Part shown: positions 9,627 through 17,679 of the stretch, piece after piece | Layout: every line of letters starts with the position of its first letter | How positions within the stretch are numbered: position 1 is the stretch's first letter | Source: Malacoraja senta | Taxonomy: Eukaryota | Length of the DNA stretch: 22,589 bases | NCBI GenBank assembly: GCA_038087875.1 | Contig: JAXLNO010000550.1 | Span: 62,001 to 84,589 of the forward strand | Direction of reading: 5' to 3' | The notes under the pieces: generated by a model | Seen by the model: the letters and a program-made list of their open reading frames with translations, nothing else | The model's database searches: none | Told to the model about the DNA's origin: nothing | Translations under genes and position numbers: made by a program

Positions 9627-12364
9627 CATAGATACATAGATACATAGAAAATAGGTGCAGGAGTAGGCCATTCGGCCCTTCGAGCCTGCACCGCCATTCA
9701 ATATGATCATGGCTGATTATCCAACTCAGTATCCCGTACCTGCCTTCTCTCCATACCCCCTGATCCCTTTAGCCACAAGGGCCACATCTATCTCCCTCTT
9801 AAATATAGCCAATGAACTGGCGTCTACTACCCTCTGTGGCAGAGAGTTCCAGAGATTCACCACTCTCTGTGTGAAAAAGTTTTTCCTCATCTCGGTCTTA
9901 AAGGATTTCCCCCTTATCCTTAAGCTGTGACCCCTTGTCCTGGACTTCCCCAACATCAGGAACAATCTTCCTGCATCTAGCCTGTCCAACCCCATAAGAA
10001 TTTTGTACGTTTCTATAAGATCCCCTCTCAATCTCCTAAATTCTAGCGAGTATAAGCCAAGTCTATCCAGTCTTTCTTCATATGAAAGTCCTGACATCCC
10101 AGGAATCAGTCTGGTGAACCTTCTCTGCACTCCCTCTATGGCTATAATGTCCTTCCTCAGATTTGGAGACCAAAACTGTACGCAATACTCCAGGTGTGGT
10201 CTCACCAAGACCCTGTACAACTGCAGTAGAACCTCCCTGCTCCTATACTCAAATCCTCTTGCTATGAAGGCCAACATACCATTCGCTTTCTTCACTGCCT
10301 GCTGCACCTGCATGCCTACTTTCAATGACTGGTGTACCATGACACCCAGGTCTCGCTGCACCTCCCCATTTCCTAATCGGCCACCATTTAGATAATAGTC
10401 TGCCTTCCCGTTTTTGCCACCAAAGTGGATAACCTCACATTTATCCACATTATACTGCATCTGCCAAACATTTGCCCACTCACCCAGCCTATCCAAGTCA
10501 CCTTGCAGTCTCCTAGCATCCTCCTCACAGCTAACACTGCCCCCCAGCTTAGTGTCATCCGCAAACTTGGAGATGTTGCTTTCAATTCCCTCGTCCAGAT
10601 CATTAATATAAATTGTAAATAGCTGGGGTCCCAGCACTGAGCCTTGCGGTACCCCACTAGTCACTGCCTGCCATTGTGAAAAGGACCCGTTTACTCCTAC
10701 TCTTTGCTTCCTGTTTGCCAGCCAGTTCTCTATCCACATCAATACTGAACCCCCAATACCGTGTGATTTAAGCTTGTATCCTAATCTCTTATGTGGTACC
10801 TTGTCGAAAGCCTTCTGAAAGTCCAGATACAACACATCCACTGGTTCTCCCCTATCCACTCTACTAGTTACATCCTCGAAAAATTCTATAAGATTCGTCA
10901 GACACGATTTACCTTTCGTAAATCCATGCTGACTTTGTCCAATGATTTCACCACTTTCCAAATGTGCTGCTATCCCATCTTTAATAACTGACTCTAGCAG
11001 TTTCCCCACTACCGATGTTAGACTAACTGGTCTGTAATTCCCCGTTTTTTCTCTCCCTCCCTTCTTAAAAAGTGGGGTTACGTTTGCTACCCTCCAATCC
11101 TCAGGAACTAGTCCAGAATCTAAAGAATTTTGAAAAATTATCACTAATGCATCCACTATTTCTGGAGCTACTTCCTTAAGTACTCTGGGATGCAGCCTAT
11201 CTGGCCCTGGTGATTTATCGGCCTTTAATCCATTCAATTTACCCAACACCACTTCCCGACTAACCTGGATTTCACTCAGTTCCTCCATCTCCTTTGACCC
11301 GCGGCCCCCTGCTATTTCCGGCAGATTATTTATGTCTTCCTTAGTGAAGACGGAACCAAAGTAGTTATTCAATTGGTCCGCCATATCCTTGTTCCCCATG
11401 ATCAATTCACCTGTTTCTGACTGCAAGGGACCTACATTTGTTTTAACTAATCTCTTTCTCTTCACATATCTATAAAAACTTTTGCAGTCAGTTTTTATGT
11501 TCCCTGCCAGTTTCCTTTCATAATCTATTTTCCCTTTCCTAATTAAGCCCTTTGTCCTCCTCTGCTTGTCTCTGCATTTCTCCCAGTCCTCTGGTATGCT
11601 GCTTTTTCTGGCTAATTTGTACGCAACATCTTTTGCTTTGATACTATCCCTGATTTCCCTTGTTATCCACGGATGCACTACCTTCCTTGATTTATTCTTT
11701 TGCCAAACTGGGATGAACATTTTTTGTAGTTCATCCATGCAGTCTTTAAATGCCTTCCATTGCATATCCACCGTCAACCCTTTTAGAACTAATTGCCAGT
11801 CAATCTTGGCCAATTCACGTCTCATATCCTCAAAGTTACCTTTCTTTAAGTTCAGAACCGTTGTTTCTGAATTAACAATGTCACTCTCCATCCTAATGAA
11901 GAACTCAACCATATTATGGTCACTCTTGCCCAAGGGGGCACGCACAACAAGTCTGCTAACTAACCCTTCCTCATTACTCAATACCCAGTCTAGAATAGCC
12001 TGCTCTCTCGTTGGTTCCTCTACATGTTGGTTTAGATAACTATCCCTCATACATTCCAAGAAATCCTCTTCCTCAGCACCCCTGCCAATTTGATTCACCC
12101 AATCTATATGTAGATTGAAGTCACCCATTATAACTGTTTTGCCTTTGTTGCACGCATTTCTAATTTCCTGTTTGATGCCATCCCCAACTTCACTACTACT
12201 GCTAGGTGGCCTGTACACAACACCCACCAGCGTTTTCTGCCCCTTAGTATTTCGTAGCTCTACCCATACCGATTCCACATCCTCCAAGCTAATGTCCTTC
12301 CTTTCCACTGCGTTAATCTCCTCTCTAACCAGCAACGCTACCCCACCTCCTTTTCCTTTCTCTC
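9627..12364 (-). mobile_element. Young CR1 LINE, 5'-truncated within the endonuclease domain
   Basis: Uninterrupted ORF2, a 3' UTR and an 8-bp (TATGTATC)n tail at ~9627-9648. Confidence 0.97.
9726..12335 (-). CDS. CR1 ORF2 (partial APE endonuclease plus reverse transcriptase), 869 aa open frame with no true start codon
   Basis: Motifs GVVYRPP, MGDFN and SDHN (APE); NYRPVSLTS, YLDFQKAFD, GVPQGSVLGP and KFADD (RT). The track start is CTG, and the frame continues to RKGKGGGVA at the truncation point. Confidence 0.93.
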   Translation of the reverse strand: MLVREEINAVERKDISLEDVESVWVELRNTKGQKTLVGVVYRPPSSSSEVGDGIKQEIRNACNKGKTVIMGDFNLHIDWVNQIGRGAEEEDFLECMRDSYLNQHVEEPTREQAILDWVLSNEEGLVSRLVVRAPLGKSDHNMVEFFIRMESDIVNSETTVLNLKKGNFEDMRRELAKIDWQLVLKGLTVDMQWKAFKDCMDELQKMFIPVWQKNKSRKVVHPWITREIRDSIKAKDVAYKLARKSSIPEDWEKCRDKQRRTKGLIRKGKIDYERKLAGNIKTDCKSFYRYVKRKRLVKTNVGPLQSETGELIMGNKDMADQLNNYFGSVFTKEDINNLPEIAGGRGSKEMEELSEIQVSREVVLGKLNGLKADKSPGPDRLHPRVLKEVAPEIVDALVIIFQNSLDSGLVPEDWRVANVTPLFKKGGREKTGNYRPVSLTSVVGKLLESVIKDGIAAHLESGEIIGQSQHGFTKGKSCLTNLIEFFEDVTSRVDRGEPVDVLYLDFQKAFDKVPHKRLGYKLKSHGIGGSVLMWIENWLANRKQRVGVNGSFSQWQAVTSGVPQGSVLGPQLFTIYINDLDEGIESNISKFADDTKLGGSVSCEEDARRLQGDLDRLGEWANVWQMQYNVDKCEVIHFGGKNGKADYYLNGGRLGNGEVQRDLGVMVHQSLKVGMQVQQAVKKANGMLAFIARGFEYRSREVLLQLYRVLVRPHLEYCVQFWSPNLRKDIIAIEGVQRRFTRLIPGMSGLSYEERLDRLGLYSLEFRRLRGDLIETYKILMGLDRLDAGRLFLMLGKSRTRGHSLRIRGKSFKTEMRKNFFTQRVVNLWNSLPQRVVDASSLAIFKREIDVALVAKGIRGYGEKAGTGY

Positions 12365-13017
12365 TATTATTCTACCTTGAGCACATCTTTAATTATTCTA
12401 CCTTGAGCACATATGTAGGGGAGCTGAATGAATTATATTATCAATGCAGTGACGGCTTGATCATACTTTGGTGATCCAATTCATTAAGTAATCTTTGGAC
12501 CTGTAATTTATGACATTTATTTTTTGTTCTTAATTATCAAACACGGTGCCTTAATGAGGCTGCTAATGTTTAAAATATTTCTACGACTCATCCGGTTTCA
12601 CTAAAGGGCAAACATTTGTCCTTCTGGTTACTATGTCCACACATTCTAATATTATCTGGGTGATAATAAAGTTTGCCTGGAACACTGTTCATTAATTCTT
12701 TAGGGGTTTGGTTTACAATAAAATGTTACTATAGCCTTTCGGATAACCAATTAGCATATAATAATGGAATTAGTTCCAATCCCGCACCGCATAATCACTC
12801 ACATATTTCTCCCTAAAGTCACAATCTCTCCACAGATACATTGTATTTTGTAGAAAACTATCAACTCTTAATGTAGAATTTTAATACCAGCTACTAATTG
12901 GTAAGGGTTAGGAACATATAAATATGTGATGCAGCCAAGTTGCAGGCTTGTTTTGCAAATTTTCTATCCATTATTTGTTACTGCAGAATTGTCAGCATGG
13001 TCTGATGTTGCATCTGA

Positions 13018-13146
13018 TTTAGTTTAGAGAAACAACATGAAAACAGGCACTTCGGCCCACTGAGTCCATGCCGACCAGCGATCCCCGCACACAAACCTTG
13101 TCCTACACCAGCTAGGAGCAATTTACAATTTAGCCTACATACCTGT
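13018..13146 (-). mobile_element. SINE 3' half (split by a nested insertion)
   Basis: TTTAGAGAAACAACATGAAAACAGGC..CCTACATACCTGTA aligns to 6980-7119. Confidence 0.85.
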
Positions 13147-13147
13147 A

Positions 13148-13995
13148 TGTATACAATACAATACAATACAATACAATTTATTTGTCATTTGGACCCCGTT
13201 GAGGTCCAAACGAAATGTCGTTTCTGCAGCCATACATTACAAAACGAAGAAGACCCGAGACACAACACAATTTACACATCCATCCATCACAGCGCTGTGA
13301 TGGAAGGCAAAAAAAACCCTTATCTCTCCACTGCACTCCACCCCCCCCGATGTCAGAGTCAAAGTCAAAGCCCCCGGCGGGCGATGGTGATTGTCCCGCG
13401 GCCATTAAAGCCACGCCGGGTGATGCAAGGTCGCGCACCGGGTCTTGGTGTTAGAGCCCCGGCGCGCGCACGCAAAGTCCGGCGGCCATTCCAAGCCGCG
13501 CGGGGTGATGATGTAAAGCCCCGCTCCAGGTGCTCTTCAACCCCGCAACTCGGGCAGGAGAAGTCGCCGCTGCGGAAGCCCCGAAAAGCGGTCTCCCACC
13601 AGGTGTTGCCGTCCGCCAGACCCGCGGTTGTAGCCTCCGAATCTCCGGGGGTCGGGTCACAGCAGCGATTGTCTCCACCACAGCTCCACCCGCTCCGGAC
13701 TCGGTCAGCCCCGCGACGGTGAGTAGTCCGCAGCTCCGCAACTGGAGCCCCAGGTCGTTCCTGCTGGAGGCCGCTCCACGTTGCCCAGCCCCAACGACAA
13801 ACGGAGACCCGACAAAGAAAAGGTCGGGTCTCCCGTGCAGGGGAAAGATTTTAAAGTTCCCCCCCCCCACCCCCACACACATACCCCGACAAGAAAAAAA
13901 TAAAATAAAAACTACATAGAAACGAGACAAAAATAATTTAAAAAAGACAGACGGACTGCAGAGGCCGCTGCTGACGAGAGTCGCGCCGCCCCCCA
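13148..13995 (-). mobile_element. GC/CpG-rich non-coding retroposon with (TATTG)n tail, nested in a SINE
   Basis: The + strand begins (TACAA)n TTTATTTGTCAT, which reads ATGACAAATAAA plus microsatellite on the minus strand, like the Rex-type tail at 3200-3239. It splits the SINE at ACCTGTA|GTCTTTGG. Confidence 0.75.
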
Positions 13996-14000
13996 ACTTT

Positions 14001-14126
14001 GTCTTTGGAATGTGGGAGGAAACCGAAGCTCCTGGAGAAAAGCCATGCAGGTCACAGGGAGAACGTACAAACTCCGTACAGACAGCACCCGGCGCTGTAA
14101 GATAGCAACTCTACCACTGCACCATC
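14001..14126 (-). mobile_element. SINE 5' half with an internal deletion of the B-box
   Basis: GTCTTTGGAATGTGGGAGGAAACCGAAG..CAGACAGCACCCGGCGCTGTAAG..CAACTCTACCACTGCACCAT aligns to 7121-7285. Confidence 0.85.
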
Positions 14127-14246
14127 TTGATAAATGCAATAATACATATGACTCATTGAACTGCTGTCATTTTTGTAGTCAAAATTGACCACCCCAAACC
14201 CACCCCAGCAACAAACAAAGGTCAGGGTCTATTCCAGGAGATCGTA

Positions 14247-14546
14247 ATGCAGCAGTCGGTGTCACTGCCTCACAATTCCAGGGACCAGGGATCAAACCTG
14301 AGCATGTGGACTTGTCATGTGGACTTCGCACTCTCACCCTGTGGCCACATCAGTCTCCTCTCACATCCCAAGAATGTGCAGACCGGTCAAGTGGCTGACA
14401 TAATTTGCCCCTGGCAAGGGGGGGGAATAACAAGCAGGAACGGCAGGACTGACAAATGAACTGTCTGTACGGAGTTTGTACATTCTCCCCATGACCGCGT
14501 GGGTTTTCTCCAAGATCTTAGGTTTCCTCCCACACTCCAAAGACGT
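14247..14546 (+). mobile_element. Old degenerate SINE (14247-14460) plus a younger SINE core fragment (14461-14546)
   Basis: CTGCCTCACAATTCCAGGGACCAGGGATCAAACCTGA..CTCACATCCCAAGAATGTGCAG, then CTGTCTGTACGGAGTTTGTAC..GGTTTCCTCCCACACTCCAAAGACG. Confidence 0.7.
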
Positions 14547-14554
14547 CCGTTTGA

Positions 14555-14985
14555 ATGGATTAACTGGGCTTGTATTTATTAGAATTTAGAAGGATGAGAG
14601 GGTAACTTGTAGAAACTTTTAAAATTCTTAAGGGATTGGACAGGCTAGATGCAGGAAAAAATGTTCCCTGATGTTGGGGGAGACCAGAACCAGGGGTCAC
14701 AGTTTAAGAATAAGGAGTAGGACATTTAGGACTGAGATGAGGAAAAACGTTTTCACCCAGAGAGTTGTGAATCTGTGGAATTATCTGCCTCAGAAGGCAG
14801 TGGAGGCCAATTCACTGGATGTATTCAAGAAGGAGTTAAATATAGCTCTTAGGGCTAATGGAATCAAGGGATATGGGGAGAAAGCAGGAACTGGATTTTG
14901 GATGATCAGCCATGATCATATTGAATGGTAGTGCTGGCTCAAAGGGCTGAGTGGCCTACTCCTGCATCTATTTTCTATGTTTCTA
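14555..14985 (+). mobile_element. CR1 LINE 3' fragment
   Basis: ORF 14671-14931 TRGHSLRI..FTQRVVNLWNYLP..GYGEKAGTG, with tail TTTTCTATGTTTCT. Confidence 0.93.
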
Positions 14986-15050
14986 ATAGAAATGAACGGG
15001 GGTATGAGACTGATGTGAATGCTCTTTGAGCTGGCTTATTTGAGCCGGGG

Positions 15051-15206
15051 GCACATCACTCAGTCGTCATGTGGCGAATGAAGGTCCTAGAAAAGAAACC
15101 TCTGCTCAAACGGGAGAATCCCAAGGACCAGTCAGCTGTAGTAAGGAGGGGCTCCACCAAGAAAAAGGTTCATCTCTGGAGCAAATTGGCTCCTTGTCTG
15201 TCGTAA
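15051..15206 (+). other. Partial duplicate of the CTNNA3 terminal coding exon (candidate alternative exon or pseudo-exon)
   Basis: 15051-15173 aligns without gaps to 17177-17299 (106/123 identical) and encodes AHHSVVMWRMKVLEKKPLLKRENPKDQSAVVRRGSTKKKVH. It continues LWSKLAPCLS to a TAA at 15204-15206. Confidence 0.9.
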
Positions 15207-15373
15207 GATCTGAATGAACATTGCCCAGTAAGATGGCCGTTGGGGAATGATGACGATGTCAGCAATGTGAAAAACAGGGTACAGACAACTTTTATGGGGA
15301 TGAGGAAGGAAAACCACAGGGCCTGACTTTTGTTGGAGCTCTGCAAGAGACAGGAACCTGGTCAGGAATTCTA

Positions 15374-15382
15374 CAGGTGAGT
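15374..15382 (+). promoter_or_regulatory. Consensus 5' splice donor CAG|GTGAGT
   Basis: Sequence motif only; usage not shown. Confidence 0.45.
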
Positions 15383-15709
15383 ATGCAAATGTTAACATCC
15401 TGAATTTGCAGGTAGCATTTCTTAAACCACACCATCTAATAAGCCTCTAATAAATGCCAACGGTAGAGAGCAAAAATAAAACAATCCCCCAGCAAGGAGG
15501 AAGCAGCTTTTGCAAGTTTGAATTTTTGAAGTTTCTTATAAATTACAATGCATTTTCTAATCTTTTAATAGCATGATTAATTTTAAATAATTGTACATTG
15601 ATTCTGAATATCAGAAATGTACAAGTGTTTCATTACCTTTGACAGCTGGCTAAGCTTGGAGTGAGGCCTAGCAGCTGTGAAAGATTTTCAGCAGGCGAGG
15701 CTAGTCATA

Positions 15710-15914
15710 TGCACACACACATGAAACGCACAAATCACGCACGGACAGACATACACACAATGCGCACACACACACACTCACAACGCACGCACGCAGGCAC
15801 ACACACACAAAATGCACGCACGCAGGCACACACACACAAAATGCACGGACACACACACACACACACAAAATGCACAAATTCACGGACACACACACACACA
15901 CACACACACAATGC

Positions 15915-15987
<73 letters not shown>

Positions 15988-16003
15988 CATGCACGCACAC
16001 ACG
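15710..16003. repeat. Compound (CA)n microsatellite with AAATGCACG-type interruptions
   Basis: Pure CA run at ~15920-15983, preceded by repeated AATGCACG(C/G)AC..(CA)n units. Confidence 0.97.
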
Positions 16004-16129
16004 TATTTTATGGGATTTATGTACAGACATCTCCACTGCTGCATGTGACTCTGTCCAAGAAGATCTGACCTGGGGTTGTGTGTAAAGCGATGGGATCTTC
16101 ATCTGGAGATCAGAGTCAAACCACAAAAT

Positions 16130-16240
16130 TGGGGTCATTAAACACTGATTCTCTCCCAACAGATGCTGCCTTATTGGGTGAGTATCTCTCAAGATTTTCA
16201 GTTAGTATTTCACTTTCTCAACATCCTCAATTTATTTGCT
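16130..16240 (+). mobile_element. Highly decayed Penelope pseudo-LTR fragment
   Basis: CAGATGCTGCC...TGAGTATCTC resembles the right arm at 3673-3706. Confidence 0.45.
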
Positions 16241-16470
16241 CTTATGATCATATTAGTCGACTCCCTTCTCCCCCAAGTTTCTCATATTGTTTTGGTCCAA
16301 ATTAATTTCTGTGGATTGTTTTCATTTTGCTTCACCTCATGAAACACCTTTCTTTCTGCTTTTGTTCCACCCCTCTATCAGCTCAAATATCCAATATATA
16401 GCACAAAAATAATTGGTTGTTTACACGGGTCTATTTTAAAAAATCACTGAAAACAATTGTGTGAAAGGTT

Positions 16471-17010
16471 CATAGAGTCATAGAGTGAGGATACAGTGTG
16501 GAAACAGGCCCTTCGGCCTAACTTACCCACACTGGCCAACATGTCCCAGCTACACTAGTCCAACCTGCCAGTATTTGGTCAATATCCCTCCAAATCTGTC
16601 CTATCCATGTATCTGTCCAACTGCTTCTTAAATGTTGGGATAGTCCCTGCCTCAACTACCTCCTCTGGCAGCTTATTCCATACATCCACCACCCTTTGTG
16701 TGAAAAAGTTACCCCTCAGATTCCTATTAAATCTTTTCCCCTTCACCTTAAACCTATGTCATCTGGTCCTTGATTCACCTACTCTGGGCACGAGACTCTG
16801 TGTATATACCCAATGGATTCCTCTGGGTCTTATACACCTCTATACGATCACCCCTCATCCTCCTGTGGTCCAAGAAATAGAGTCCCAGCCTACTCAACCT
16901 CTGCCTGTAGCTCAGACCCTCTGGTCCTGGCAACATCCTCGTAAATCTACTCTGTACCCTTCCCAGCTTGACATCTTTCCCAAAACACGGCGCCCAGAAC
17001 TGAACACAAT
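16471..17010 (-). mobile_element. CR1-type LINE 3' fragment (second family, with the SINE-shared tail)
   Basis: Minus-strand HCVQFWAP..RVQSRFTRMLPG.EGLSY..RL.RLGL. Its tail GGCCGAAGGGCCTGTTTCCACACTGTATC is shared with the SINEs and is followed by (CTCTATGA)2. Confidence 0.9.
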
Positions 17011-17056
17011 GGTTCCTTTGAAACCACTGACTATGACTTGGATTTTCTGCCAACAG

Positions 17057-17344
17057 TTGGACAGTATTACCTCCCTCATCTTGTCAGCCAAGAACCTGAT
17101 GAATACGGTGGTAGACACGGTGAAGATGTCCTACATTGCATCGATCAAGATCATCAGGCTGCAGAGCCCTTCGGCAGCACTTCACTCAGTCGTCATGTGG
17201 AGAATGAAGGTTCCCGAAAAGAAGCCCTTGATCAAGCGGGAGAATCCCAAGGACCTGTCAGCGGTGGTGCGGAGGGGCTCCACCAAGAAAAAGGTCCACC
17301 CTGTCAAAGTTATGAGCGAGTTCAGAGGAAGAAACGCTCCCTAA
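17057..17344 (+). CDS. CTNNA3: Catenin alpha-3 (alpha-T-catenin), terminal coding exon, 95 aa plus stop
   Basis: Acceptor TTTTCTGCCAACAG| in phase 0. It encodes LDSITSLILSAKNLMNTVVDTVKMSYIASIKIIRLQSP..VVMWRMKVPEKKPLIKRE..VRRGSTKKKVHPVKVMSEFRGRNAP*. As I recall the paralogs, KMSYIAS, KIIR, VVMWRMK and MSEFRGR fit CTNNA3 rather than CTNNA1/2. Confidence 0.93.
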   Translation: MDSITSLILSAKNLMNTVVDTVKMSYIASIKIIRLQSPSAALHSVVMWRMKVPEKKPLIKRENPKDLSAVVRRGSTKKKVHPVKVMSEFRGRNAP

Positions 17345-17441
17345 ATCCAACATGTACACTGCTTTTGCTCAATCACGGGGTGAATTGCTTGTGGAAGTGT
17401 GTTGTTGAAGCTGCATCGAGCCTGCAAATTAGGAATGTAGG

Positions 17442-17458
17442 AATAAATACTCAATAAA
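17442..17458 (+). terminator. Tandem polyadenylation signals for CTNNA3
   Basis: AATAAA at 17442-17447 and 17453-17458, about 100 nt after the stop. Confidence 0.6.
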
Positions 17459-17520
17459 AGACCATGCCTGCCTAGTTTACCCTCAACCACCCTGATGGCG
17501 ATGATTAAAGGTGATAGAGA

Positions 17521-17679
17521 TTAGTTTAGTTTAGAGATCCAGCGCCGAAACAGGCCCTTCGGCCCACCAGGTCCACGCCAGCCAACGATCGCCGCATATT
17601 AACACTATCCTACACACACACTAGAGACAATATTTACATTTACCAAGCCAATTTACCTACAAACCTGTACTTCTTTGGG
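17521..17679 (-). mobile_element. SINE 3' half
   Basis: TTAGTTTAGTTTAGAGAT..AAACAGGCCCTTCGGCCCACC..CCTACAAACCTGTACTTCTTTGG. Confidence 0.88.

Noticed and set aside
12366..12412. CRISPR-like repeat-spacer array
   Set aside because: Only two units with a 5-nt spacer, in eukaryotic DNA at a LINE junction.
9703..12474. + strand ORFs overlapping the CR1
   Set aside because: Antisense shadows of CR1 ORF2.
13147..13996. Several 79-191 aa ORFs on both strands
   Set aside because: Expected in GC-rich repeat sequence; Pro/Arg/Ala-rich with no domain.
1..15000. Penultimate CTNNA3 exon (CPD..KQDLLAYL..QLKICSQVKAE-like)
   Set aside because: Not found by eye or in the ORF track; it probably lies upstream of the window, though a short exon could have been missed.
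15051..15173. Duplicate as an allelic or assembly artefact
   Set aside because: About 14% divergence and unrelated flanks on both sides are not expected from a mis-merged haplotype.
15132..15398. 88-aa minus-strand ORF
   Set aside because: It is partly antisense to the catenin duplicate, matches no protein I recognise, and the synonymous pattern fits the + frame.
15661..16192. HT- and CV-repeat ORFs
   Set aside because: Translations of the (CA)n microsatellite.
16607..17344. 245-aa ORF as one CR1-catenin fusion gene
   Set aside because: The first ~135 codons are antisense CR1, and a phase-0 acceptor at 17056/17057 explains the catenin part as a spliced exon.
17038..17457. 139-aa alternative-frame ORF over the CTNNA3 exon
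   Set aside because: Shadow frame of a GC-rich exon with no independent support.
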